DNA of 58,269 nucleotides from assembly GCA_051439425.1 (NCBI GenBank), contig JBFRWD010000141.1, forward strand, positions 1 through 58,269, written 5' to 3'. The position numbers and the translations under genes were made by a program. How positions within the stretch are numbered: position 1 is the first letter of the stretch; every line of letters begins with the position of its first letter. The notes under the pieces are model-generated. The model ran no database searches. It saw only the letters and a list, made by a program, of their open reading frames with translations, and was not told the DNA's origin. Below are positions 29,924 through 39,075 of this stretch, one piece after another. This DNA comes from Synechococcus sp. (GTDB lineage Bacteria > Cyanobacteriota > Cyanobacteriia > Thermostichales > PCC-7336).

Positions 29924-30802
29924 ATGCAGTTATTTCGTCAAGTTTTAGTGGCAGTCGATGCTTCGTGCGAGTCAGTCAAACAGGCCAAAGCTCTCTTGAG
30001 TGCCCCAAGCGCCACGACGTCTGCTATCACTCTCTTACATGTCATTCCTACCACCCAGTTCACTACATCAGTGACATCTGGCAGCAGCGGAGACAAGAAG
30101 ATAGAAGCCCGCACCATCTTAGACACCGCCCAAGGGATTTTGGACGGTACCCCAAATTGCACCATTACCGAGCGATTGGAAGAAGGTGACCCCAAAACCA
30201 TTGTGCTCAAAGTCGCGGATGAAATAGACGCATCCCTGATTGTGATGGGAGGGCGCAGCATGAACCGCCTGTTGGCCATCCTGAAAAATTCCGTCAGCCA
30301 GTACGTGTTCCAGCTATCAACCCGGCCCATGGTGATCGTGCGGGAAGGGATGCAAACCTCGAAGCTTTATCGTGTGATGGTAGCCATTGACGGCTCTGAG
30401 GCGTCCAATCAAGCGTTAAAGATCGGCATGGACTTAGTACGCGGTTCTTCTGGTTCCCAACTTCTTCTAGCCCGCGTCATTTCTGGACGCTCGGCTGCTA
30501 GCTATCAAAAACTTCCAGAGAATCCCGATAAAGATGACGAAATCTTGGCAGCAGCGATCGCTCAGGTGAAAGCTCAGAACATTCCCTATCGGGCTTACTT
30601 CAATTTGGGGGATCCCGGTCGAGAGATTTCCTTGCTTACGGCCGAAACCGGTGCTGATTTGCTGGTTATGGGCTCTCCCGATCGCCGCCCAACCATCGCC
30701 AAAAATTTGCCCGACTTAGAGCGACTATTAGGGAATTCCGTATCGGACTACGTGCGAGTTAACGCCCAATGCCCCGTACTGTTGACCCGTCCACAAGAGT
30801 GA
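29924..30802 (+). CDS. Universal stress protein (tandem USP domains)
   Basis: VLVAVDAS...GDP...LIVMG...SVSQYV, then VMVAIDGS...GDP...LLVMGS...GNSVSDYV...CPVL; start set at MQLFRQ. Confidence 0.92.
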   Translation: MQLFRQVLVAVDASCESVKQAKALLSAPSATTSAITLLHVIPTTQFTTSVTSGSSGDKKIEARTILDTAQGILDGTPNCTITERLEEGDPKTIVLKVADEIDASLIVMGGRSMNRLLAILKNSVSQYVFQLSTRPMVIVREGMQTSKLYRVMVAIDGSEASNQALKIGMDLVRGSSGSQLLLARVISGRSAASYQKLPENPDKDDEILAAAIAQVKAQNIPYRAYFNLGDPGREISLLTAETGADLLVMGSPDRRPTIAKNLPDLERLLGNSVSDYVRVNAQCPVLLTRPQE

Positions 30803-30918
30803 CGCTCGCTGATTAGATCGCAGTCAGTCTGGGTCGAGCTAGCTGCGACAGTCATCAACCCCGCTAGAGTGGGACAGTCCCCTGTCTTGCTCTAGCCTTT
30901 TCTCGACCGCGTTTTATT

Positions 30919-32310
30919 ATGGCCGCCACACTTCAAGACACCATCGCTGCGATCGCCACTGCAGTTGTCCCCGCTCAAGGGTCGGTGGGCATCGTGCGAG
31001 TATCGGGGGTCGATGCACTTGAGATCGCAAAATCTCTCTTCGTTCCAGCCGGACATGCCGCATGGGACAGTCACCGGGTGATATACGGTCAACTGCTCGA
31101 TGCGGAGGGGGCAGACATTGATGAAGCCCTCGTGTTATGGATGCAGGCCCCCCGCTCGTTCACTCGCGAAGATGTCATTGAGTTTCACTGTCATGGCGGA
31201 ATTATGGTGGTGCAGCAGGTGCTGCAGGCTTGCTTACAGCAGGGGGCAAGGCTAGCGGAGCCAGGGGAGTTCAGTCTGCGGGCATTTTTGAACGGTCGTA
31301 TCGACTTAACCCAGGCGGAGAGCGTATCTCAGCTGGTGGGAGCACAATCGGCCCAAGCCGCTCAGTTAGCCCTGGCGGGGGTGCGGGGGAAGTTGGCGCA
31401 GCCCATCCGAGAGCTGCGATTGCGGTGCCTGCAAGTCTTAGCTCAGGTGGAAGCTCAGATTGATTTCGAAGACGATCTACCACCGTTAGATGAACCTGCT
31501 CTCGTCCAAGACCTGAACGCTATTCAAGATCGGATCGCAGATATTCTGGCAACAGCGGAACGAGGGGAACTGCTGCGTCGTGGAATTGAAGTCGCTATTG
31601 TAGGGCAGCCCAATGTGGGCAAATCCAGCTTGCTGAATGCTTGGAGCGGCCGAGATCGCGCGATCGTCACGGATCTACCGGGAACAACACGGGATGTAGT
31701 GGAATCTCAGTTAGTTGTGAACGGAATTCCGGTTCAGGTGCTGGATACGGCGGGCATTCGAGATACAGACAATCTTGTAGAGAGTTTGGGGATCGAGCGA
31801 TCGCTACAAGCAGCTCAATCCGCTGATTTGGTCATTTTTGTGGTGTCTGCTCCGATCGGGTGGACAGATACGGAAGGCCAGATTTTTGATGCGATTCGCG
31901 AGCGCCCTATTCTACTAGCGCTCAACAAAACCGATCTCAAGCCACCAGGACTGATTCAATTCCCGCCAGACATCGCCTCGTTACCTCGAATTTCCACTCA
32001 GTTACAGGCAACTGATGCCGCACTTAACAGCATTCGTACACTAGAAACCGCCGTAACTGAGATCGTAACCGGTGGGACAGTAACAGCCGAACATTTGGAC
32101 GTCGCCATTAATCAGCGACAACAAGCGGCGCTATTGCGAGCCCAATCGGCGATCGCAACGGTGATTGACACTATTGCCAATGCTCTCCCACTGGATTTCT
32201 GGACGATCGACTTGCGAGATGCCATCCAGGCTCTGGGAGAAATTACCGGAGAGGACGTCACAGAATCGGTATTGGATCGGATCTTCAGCCAATTTTGCAT
32301 TGGCAAATAA
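30919..32310 (+). CDS. mnmE: tRNA modification GTPase MnmE
   Basis: [35 protein letters not shown]-terminus. Confidence 0.97.
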   Translation: MAATLQDTIAAIATAVVPAQGSVGIVRVSGVDALEIAKSLFVPAGHAAWDSHRVIYGQLLDAEGADIDEALVLWMQAPRSFTREDVIEFHCHGGIMVVQQVLQACLQQGARLAEPGEFSLRAFLNGRIDLTQAESVSQLVGAQSAQAAQLALAGVRGKLAQPIRELRLRCLQVLAQVEAQIDFEDDLPPLDEPALVQDLNAIQDRIADILATAERGELLRRGIEVAIVGQPNVGKSSLLNAWSGRDRAIVTDLPGTTRDVVESQLVVNGIPVQVLDTAGIRDTDNLVESLGIERSLQAAQSADLVIFVVSAPIGWTDTEGQIFDAIRERPILLALNKTDLKPPGLIQFPPDIASLPRISTQLQATDAALNSIRTLETAVTEIVTGGTVTAEHLDVAINQRQQAALLRAQSAIATVIDTIANALPLDFWTIDLRDAIQALGEITGEDVTESVLDRIFSQFCIGK

Positions 32311-32368
32311 CAACTGTGCCACAGCGTTCGTTCGCTACGACTCCAACAACAGTAGCAACACTCTCTTA

Positions 32369-33172
32369 CTAGCCTGACAAGGCAGCAATAAACCGGCTCA
32401 GTATTGGAATGTATTGGTCAGGGGCAATCAGAAGTAAGGGAACGTGACCGGCCTGAGGAATGTCTAGAAAAAACTTAGGCTCTGGCGCTGCAGCAAACAA
32501 TGTTTGACCGTGTCGAAATGGAATCACAGAGTCCTGCTGTCCGTGAGCAACAAGCACGGGACAATTCAGCCGTTGTATGCGGCCAAGATTGTTGAAGGTC
32601 TCGAACGGGACTAGCGGAATACGAGTCACCACTCTAAACACTGTTGTAAATGTGCCTTCAAGAATGACGCCACCCAGCGGCTCGCGGCTGGCCAAATACA
32701 GAGTTGGCGCTCCTCCTAACGAAAAACCATGAGCAATAATCCGCTCGGCGGAAATGCCCACATCTTCAGTCAAATACTTAAATGCTGCGGTGACATCCTC
32801 ATAGATTCGCGCTTCAGATGGAGAACCATCGCTGGTACCGTAGCCACGATAGTCGTAGGCCAATACCGAGTAGCCCGCGTCAAACCACTGACCCATAACT
32901 TCATCCAGGCGGCCAAGGTCATCGGCATTACCGTGGCTCATCAGCATCGTGTATTCGGCATCGGGATTCTCCCAAAACATGGCAGAAATCCGGTCGCCAT
33001 TTCCGACATCCAACTTGAGAATCCTATCGCCATCGCTATAGCTAGGCGTTGGCGGAAGAAATACCTGGCGTTCGCTCAGGAACCAGCCATAGCAACACAG
33101 AGCGAAGTAGGCGATCGCCAGTAATCCAATCAATCGACACACCCTCCACTTACCAATTAATCGCCGCTTCAT
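32369..33172 (-). CDS. Alpha/beta hydrolase (ABHD17/YqiA-like)
   Basis: SHGNADD, YDYRGYG, GFSLGG, HGQQDSVIP, AGH. Confidence 0.88.
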   Translation of the reverse strand: MKRRLIGKWRVCRLIGLLAIAYFALCCYGWFLSERQVFLPPTPSYSDGDRILKLDVGNGDRISAMFWENPDAEYTMLMSHGNADDLGRLDEVMGQWFDAGYSVLAYDYRGYGTSDGSPSEARIYEDVTAAFKYLTEDVGISAERIIAHGFSLGGAPTLYLASREPLGGVILEGTFTTVFRVVTRIPLVPFETFNNLGRIQRLNCPVLVAHGQQDSVIPFRHGQTLFAAAPEPKFFLDIPQAGHVPLLLIAPDQYIPILSRFIAALSG

Positions 33173-33265
33173 GTAGTCTTTGCCATTTCAGTTAGGACAG
33201 AGGTTCCGATCGCAGTCCGGTCTAGACATAGCTGAAATGTCCGCAGTGGTATGGCCACTGCTATA
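33172..33265. mobile_element. ~94-bp MITE-like element, family A copy 2
   Basis: TGTAGTCTTTGCCATTTCAGTTAG...TGTCCGCAGTGGTATGGCCACTGCTATA; aligns end to end with the reverse complement of 2131-2225. Confidence 0.75.
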
Positions 33266-33341
33266 AATCCTCGGCAAGTGCCACACTCGTATTCATCACT
33301 CCCGACACCAATATCGTTGAGCAGGAGCCAGAAACCAACGC

Positions 33342-33375
33342 AAAACTGCAGCGGGAACAGACTCCTGCTGCAGTT
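33342..33375 (-). terminator. Intrinsic terminator-like hairpin after the cyclophilin gene
   Basis: Minus strand AACTGCAGCAGGA-GTCTGT-TCCCGCTGCAGTT-TT. Confidence 0.6.
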
Positions 33376-33404
33376 ACTGTAGATCGATCGGAGCAGGCGT
33401 GAGC

Positions 33405-34541
33405 CTAGCGAACTAGGTTCTCGGTACCAGAAATCATCTTGGCACTAATGACTTTATCGTCGAGGGTGATGCTACGTAGGTCATCTACCCCTTCAGTCAC
33501 GTAGCCAAACGTGGCGAAATTACCATCAAGTAGGTTCAATCCGGCCGGAGTCAGTTCTGGCTCGGCCAAGAAAATGAAGAACTGCGATGATGCACTATTG
33601 GGCTCGCCATCGTAAGTAGCCAAAGCCAGCGTCCCCTGAGCATAGAAGGGAATCATGGGTTCTTCACCCACGTATCCTGCCTGGTCGAAGGTGACCTCAT
33701 ATAGCGGAAGCTCATCGCCACGAGCCCGAATTTCCAGAGGAATTGTTCGCTTCTGGCGAGTGGACGGATCGATATATCCATCGGCATCACCCGGAGGATC
33801 GCCCAACTGGACTAAGAAAAAGTCCTCAACGCGATCAAATCCCAGACCATCGTAAAACCCTTTATCAACCAGATCGGCAATATTCCCAGCAGACAGAGGC
33901 GCATTGTATCCATCCAAGGTCAAGACAAACCGACCTGCAGTTGTGTTGAACTCTGCCTGTGCTCTGCCAAGTAAGCGAGGGAGATTGTCATATTCACTGG
34001 GGATTTCGAACGGGAAACCACTGACAAAATCTTGCTCGAATGAGGTGAGTCGATCGATCGCCGCATCAATTCGAGCTTTTGCCAAATCGCGCTCGTCGTC
34101 TTCCAGGACCTGCTCGAGTTCGTCAATCGAACTTTTTAGTGCGACTAAATGGGCCATCGCAGCTGCCTGTTGCTCCTCTGGCACCGCCGCCAAAATGCGA
34201 CTTTCCTGCCGTTCCAAGCGTCGCTTGGCCTTACTCGCATGGCCTTGCGCGCTCTTGAGGCTACGAACACGTCGAATGTCCTCCTCTGCCTCGGATAGCT
34301 GTTCGTCAGCAAAGCGGACGTCTTTTTGCTCAAACGGCAGGCCCATCCTCAGCAACCGCTGACCGTCAGAGACAACATTGCCTTGGGGCAGGGCTGCTGC
34401 GGGTAAAGCGTGAAGTCCGAATATCAGGATGGCCGAGGTTGCTACATAGGCAGAAGCTCCCCAGAGATCGTGGCGAACTACCATTATTCGCTGAAGCATC
34501 CGGATCCACGGGGATCGGGTGAGAAAAGAAAAGCGTGGCAT
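33405..34541 (-). CDS. Cyclophilin-type peptidyl-prolyl isomerase (CYP38/TLP40-like)
   Basis: Signal peptide, helical bundle, NLPRLLGRA, DGYNAPLSAGN, GDP, NSASSQFFIF, DGNFATFGYV. Confidence 0.9.
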   Translation of the reverse strand: MPRFSFLTRSPWIRMLQRIMVVRHDLWGASAYVATSAILIFGLHALPAAALPQGNVVSDGQRLLRMGLPFEQKDVRFADEQLSEAEEDIRRVRSLKSAQGHASKAKRRLERQESRILAAVPEEQQAAAMAHLVALKSSIDELEQVLEDDERDLAKARIDAAIDRLTSFEQDFVSGFPFEIPSEYDNLPRLLGRAQAEFNTTAGRFVLTLDGYNAPLSAGNIADLVDKGFYDGLGFDRVEDFFLVQLGDPPGDADGYIDPSTRQKRTIPLEIRARGDELPLYEVTFDQAGYVGEEPMIPFYAQGTLALATYDGEPNSASSQFFIFLAEPELTPAGLNLLDGNFATFGYVTEGVDDLRSITLDDKVISAKMISGTENLVR

Positions 34542-34767
34542 AACTACTTGTTTGAGAATCGTGATGACCCGAAAGGCCCTCTATGCCCCCAGAGTAACTC
34601 GCTCTGCGAATTGGCAAAACCATCGACGGTTGCATTGCACACCAGTATGCGATGCTGCCCAGTTCAATCAATTCGAAAGCCCTGCCCAATCAAATCGAAA
34701 GAAGGTCTAAAGACTGGTGTAAATTGTGGGTGGTTCGACCTGACCTCAGTTACCCCCGCAACGCCCT

Positions 34768-35952
34768 ATGAAACCCATCACCCTGCTTGGCTCCACCGGC
34801 TCGATTGGTACACAGACGCTAGACTTGGTTGCCCAAAATCCTGAGCGGTTTCGAGTAGTTGGGTTGAGCGCCCATAACAATATTGAACTGCTATCCGAGC
34901 AAGTGCGTCAGTTCAAGCCGGAGATCGTTGCGACGTCCAATCCAGACAAAATCAACGAGCTCAGGAATGCACTAGTTGGATGCGATCCGGCTCCGCAGAT
35001 CGTAGCGGGGAGTGATGGAGTGTGCGAAGTTGCCGCTTACGGCGCCTCAGAATTGGTGGTGACAGGGATCGTGGGTTGCGCAGGACTGTTGCCAACTTTA
35101 GCGGCGATCGCAGCAGGTAAAGACATTGCCCTCGCAAACAAAGAGACTTTGGTTGCAGGGGGGCCAGTAGTCCTGCCTGAAGTGAAGAAGCACGGCACTA
35201 AGCTGATTCCGGTAGACTCCGAGCACTCCGCCATCTTCCAATGCCTGCAGGGGGTTCCGGATGGTGGACTACGACGCATTATTCTGACCGCCTCCGGTGG
35301 AGCCTTCAGAGACTTGCCCACCGAGAAACTGACTTCCGTCACACTAGCCGATGCCCTCAAGCATCCCAACTGGGTCATGGGCCGTAAGATTACCATCGAC
35401 TCCGCCACCCTGATGAATAAGGGTCTGGAAGTCATTGAAGCTCACTGGCTATTTGGTGGTCTAGACTACGACAACATCGATATCGTGGTGCATCCTCAAA
35501 GCATCATTCACTCGCTGATCGAGCTACAAGACACATCGATAATTGCCCAACTAGGCTGGCCCGATATGCATTTGCCAATTCTGTACGGAATTAGTTGGCC
35601 CGAGCGCATCCACACCGACTGGAAGCCCCTCGATCTGGTAGAAGTCGCCAACCTCACCTTCAAAGCCCCCGATCATCGCAAGTATCCCTGTATGCAATTG
35701 GCCTACGCAGCAGGCCGTACGGCTGGAACCATGCCCGCTGTTTTGAATGCAGCCAACGAGGCGGCAGTCGCGTTATTCCTAGACGAACAAGTTGGCTATC
35801 TCGACATTGCCCGCTTGCTGGAAGCAGTTTGCGAACGCCATGACGCGATCGCTCAACCCAGCCTGGATGACATTTTGGCTGTTGATGCCTGGGCACGAGG
35901 AGCTGTTCGGGAACAGGCGAAAAGTTTGGGTACGACAATGGTTGCCTGCTAA
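34768..35952 (+). CDS. dxr: 1-deoxy-D-xylulose-5-phosphate reductoisomerase
   Basis: [35 protein letters not shown]. Confidence 0.97.
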   Translation: MKPITLLGSTGSIGTQTLDLVAQNPERFRVVGLSAHNNIELLSEQVRQFKPEIVATSNPDKINELRNALVGCDPAPQIVAGSDGVCEVAAYGASELVVTGIVGCAGLLPTLAAIAAGKDIALANKETLVAGGPVVLPEVKKHGTKLIPVDSEHSAIFQCLQGVPDGGLRRIILTASGGAFRDLPTEKLTSVTLADALKHPNWVMGRKITIDSATLMNKGLEVIEAHWLFGGLDYDNIDIVVHPQSIIHSLIELQDTSIIAQLGWPDMHLPILYGISWPERIHTDWKPLDLVEVANLTFKAPDHRKYPCMQLAYAAGRTAGTMPAVLNAANEAAVALFLDEQVGYLDIARLLEAVCERHDAIAQPSLDDILAVDAWARGAVREQAKSLGTTMVAC

Positions 35953-36044
35953 CACTGGGCAGCCAAAAAGAGTCGTCGAATCATGATGCGAAAAAACTAG
36001 CCTGGAATGTCCTGGGAACGATCGCATTCAGCTCCTGGCCAGTC

Positions 36045-37463
36045 TTACCGAATGATTTTGCTCATTTTGCTGAGATTCAAGACTTCGTTCAACGTCTCCT
36101 CAGACATTAATTGTTTGTCAAGAACGATATCGCGAATGGACTGACCTGTGGTTAGGGATTGTTTGGCCACTTCGGCGGCAGCTAGATAACCAATATGAGT
36201 ATTGAGCGCTGTCACCAATGCCAAAGTACCTTCGGCGTAATCTAAACAGCGATCGCGATCCGCTGTAATTCCACTGACACACTTGTGTGTGAATGCATCC
36301 AGAGCATTGCCCAAAATCTGGATGGAATGCAGCAAATCGTAGGCAATCAGCGGCATCATAACGTTTAATTCGAATTGCCCTGCTTGAGCAGAAAAGGCGA
36401 TGGCAGTATCCAGCCCCATGACTTGAAAGCAGACCATGTTCAGCATTTCAGCCATCACCGGATTGTATTTCCCCGGCATGATGGATGAGCCAGGCTGTAC
36501 GGGGGGCAATTGAATTTCCTTCAAACCGGTTTTAGGGCCCGAATCCATCAGGCGTAGATCGTTGGCAATTTTGGTGCAGTCTTGGGCGAGATTGCGCAGC
36601 GCATTCGATACACTGACAAAGGGTCCCATACTTTGCATGGCTGCCATCAAATGGGGGGCCGGTTCTAGCGGTAGCTCGGTTAACGCTGACAGCGTGCTCG
36701 CAACGCGTTCGCAGTATTCCGGATGGGTGTTGAGTCCCGTTCCCGAAGCACTGCCACCCAGTCCCAATACATGTAGCTCTTCTGCGGCACGCTCGATGCC
36801 GCGTCGGCGATCGCCCACAATCTGAGCGTAAGCACGAAATTCCTCCCCCAACCTGACCGGAACGGCATCTTGTAGGTGGGTACGCCCAGACTTAATCGTG
36901 TCGTCAAACTCGGTTGCCTTAACCAATAGAACAGCCCGCAGATTCTCCAGTACAGGCAGCAAACGATCGCGCAGCGCTAACAATGCCCCAATACGGATCG
37001 CTGTGGGAATAACATCATTGGTAGATTGGCCGTAATTGACATGGTCGTTGGGGCTCACCAGCTGGTAATTTCCCTTGTCCTCCCCCAGCAGTTCGAGGGC
37101 GCGATTGGCCAATACCTCATTAACGTTCATGTGGTGGGAGGTGCCGGCCCCCGCCTGATAGATATCCACCACAAACTGGTCGCGCAAATGGCCCTCTAAC
37201 ACTTCATCCGCCGCCTGAACAATGGCTCCACCAATCTCTTCGGGAATGCAACCCAAGTGAGTGTTGACGGAGGCTGCCGCTTTCTTAATCAGCAAACAGG
37301 CATCGACGTATACGGGCAGTGGCTTTATGCCGCTGATGGGAAAGTTCTCGATCGCCCTGAGCGTCTGGATGCCGTAGTATGCGCTACCGGGTAGGTGAAG
37401 TTCCCCCATCGAATCCCGTTCGACTCGACCGGAGCCAGAGGGAGAGGATTCAACAGAACTCAT
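36045..37463 (-). CDS. aspA: Aspartate ammonia-lyase
   Basis: QAGAGTS (AspA-like rather than FumC QTGSGT), QSTND, GRTHLQDA, GSSIMPGKYNP; start set at MSSVESS. Confidence 0.85.
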   Translation of the reverse strand: MSSVESSPSGSGRVERDSMGELHLPGSAYYGIQTLRAIENFPISGIKPLPVYVDACLLIKKAAASVNTHLGCIPEEIGGAIVQAADEVLEGHLRDQFVVDIYQAGAGTSHHMNVNEVLANRALELLGEDKGNYQLVSPNDHVNYGQSTNDVIPTAIRIGALLALRDRLLPVLENLRAVLLVKATEFDDTIKSGRTHLQDAVPVRLGEEFRAYAQIVGDRRRGIERAAEELHVLGLGGSASGTGLNTHPEYCERVASTLSALTELPLEPAPHLMAAMQSMGPFVSVSNALRNLAQDCTKIANDLRLMDSGPKTGLKEIQLPPVQPGSSIMPGKYNPVMAEMLNMVCFQVMGLDTAIAFSAQAGQFELNVMMPLIAYDLLHSIQILGNALDAFTHKCVSGITADRDRCLDYAEGTLALVTALNTHIGYLAAAEVAKQSLTTGQSIRDIVLDKQLMSEETLNEVLNLSKMSKIIR

Positions 37464-37542
37464 GGGGATACCCAACTGCGCAACAGCATCCCCCAGCATA
37501 CCCCCAGCCCTGCAACGATAAAGGGTTGTAAGAGTTACCTTG

Positions 37543-37974
37543 CTAGTCGTCGCGGTCGTCGCGATCAAGCACTTCCTGAACAGCATCTACCAATTCCTCA
37601 ATGGATGCTGCCAATACCTTGGCGGAGTCTCGCAACATGATGTTTGGAAAAATGGTGCGATCGGGATACTGCACCGCTATTTCCGAACGAATGCCAAAAA
37701 TAGGTTTGCCCAGAGCATACGCATACCCCACCTCAAATGCCGTTCCCGAATCGGAGTCTACCCCCGATAAATTGGCCACGATATAACGACTCCGCTGCAC
37801 GGCATCGATGCAAGAGGAAAAGATTTTTTCTTCATCTTGGGGGCAGTCTCTTTGCGGCAAAAACGTGCTGCCAAGCTCCGAGATCGCCGATTCAATCTGT
37901 TGCTGAAATACCTGCTCGTAAATGTTAAACAGCGGGCCAGCAATATAAAAGTCTATTGATTGCGATGAATTCAC
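37543..37974 (-). CDS. Nucleoside 2-deoxyribosyltransferase / nucleotide N-hydrolase family protein
   Basis: YIAGPLF, FLPQ, DSGTAFEVGYAYALGKP, NIML; AGGAG RBS upstream of the GTG start. Confidence 0.85.
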   Translation of the reverse strand: MNSSQSIDFYIAGPLFNIYEQVFQQQIESAISELGSTFLPQRDCPQDEEKIFSSCIDAVQRSRYIVANLSGVDSDSGTAFEVGYAYALGKPIFGIRSEIAVQYPDRTIFPNIMLRDSAKVLAASIEELVDAVQEVLDRDDRDD

Positions 37975-38021
37975 CTGCCACCTCCTCTACACTCACTAAG
38001 AACCCATCTGGGGCTTATGCC

Positions 38022-38900
38022 ATGTTTGAAGTCAATTCTGCATCGGAACTGTATTCGACAGTCTATTTGCACGACAGAACTACAGAGTCTTTTGTCACAG
38101 TTGTCCCCCAACGAGGGGGGATAATCACCGGGATTCAAATTGGTGATCGTCAACTGTTGTATCTCGACCGCGAGCGGTTTGCGAATCCGGAATTAAGCAT
38201 CCGCGGAGGCATTCCCATCCTGTTCCCCATTTGCGGAAATCTGCCCAATAATCGCTATATGTGGAAAGGCCAAGAATATACTTTGCCCCAGCATGGGTTT
38301 GGACGAAACCTGCCGTGGACAGTGGTATCGTCGGGCATTGAAGATGCTGCATCCCTCACCCTCGCACTCACCCACACCCCCGACACCCTCAAGGTATATC
38401 CCTTTCAATTCGAGCTGAAATTTACCTATCGCTGGGCCGGAAGCACACTGACAATCGAGCAACATTTTCACAACTGCTCCGATAATGTCATGCCGATGTC
38501 CATTGGCTTCCATCCTTATTTCTCAGTCGTGGATAAAACACTCCTACAATTTGATGTCCCCACCCAGAATTATTACGATCGCGCCAACAACATCCGGGCT
38601 GAGTTCTTGGGCACTTGGGACGCCGATTTAGCCGAAGTTGACGCTGCCTTCGAGCCCATCGAACGAGGGCAATCATTGGTAGCAGCAGTAGACGATGGGA
38701 ATTGGCGAGTAACGTTAACTGCCGAACCTTACTTCAGGCATCTCGTATTCTGGACCGTTAAAGGGAAACCCTTTTATTGTCTTGAACCCTGGAGTGCCCC
38801 TCGCGACGCCATCAATAGCGGCACCGACCTGCTGCTACTCGACTCTGGAGCAGTCTTAAAGACTGCCGTCAACCTTGAATTCCAAATTCATCAAGAATAG
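38022..38900 (+). CDS. Aldose 1-epimerase / galactose mutarotase-like protein
   Basis: RGGIPILFPICG, QHGFGR, GFHPYF, FYCLEPW; start set at MFEVN. Confidence 0.9.
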   Translation: MFEVNSASELYSTVYLHDRTTESFVTVVPQRGGIITGIQIGDRQLLYLDRERFANPELSIRGGIPILFPICGNLPNNRYMWKGQEYTLPQHGFGRNLPWTVVSSGIEDAASLTLALTHTPDTLKVYPFQFELKFTYRWAGSTLTIEQHFHNCSDNVMPMSIGFHPYFSVVDKTLLQFDVPTQNYYDRANNIRAEFLGTWDADLAEVDAAFEPIERGQSLVAAVDDGNWRVTLTAEPYFRHLVFWTVKGKPFYCLEPWSAPRDAINSGTDLLLLDSGAVLKTAVNLEFQIHQE

Positions 38901-39075
38901 CTACAGGTCTCAACTTGGGTGAGGTTGCCGAGACAATGTGAATGGATTTAAGTCAGGACACCTAAATGATGTCACCACATATTACGTCCAAATCTTCACA
39001 GCACAACCACCAACTCATCACAACTCTGGCAGCAAATGAAGGCAGTCTGGGCATACTCTGAACGTCTTTCTGTAG

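Noticed and set aside
37464..37586. 41-aa N-terminal extension of AspA (likewise the long starts given for the pilin, aas, usp and epimerase ORFs)
   Set aside because: Longest-ORF artefacts: the AspA and epimerase extensions overlap the NDT gene, and all precede the family-typical N-terminus.
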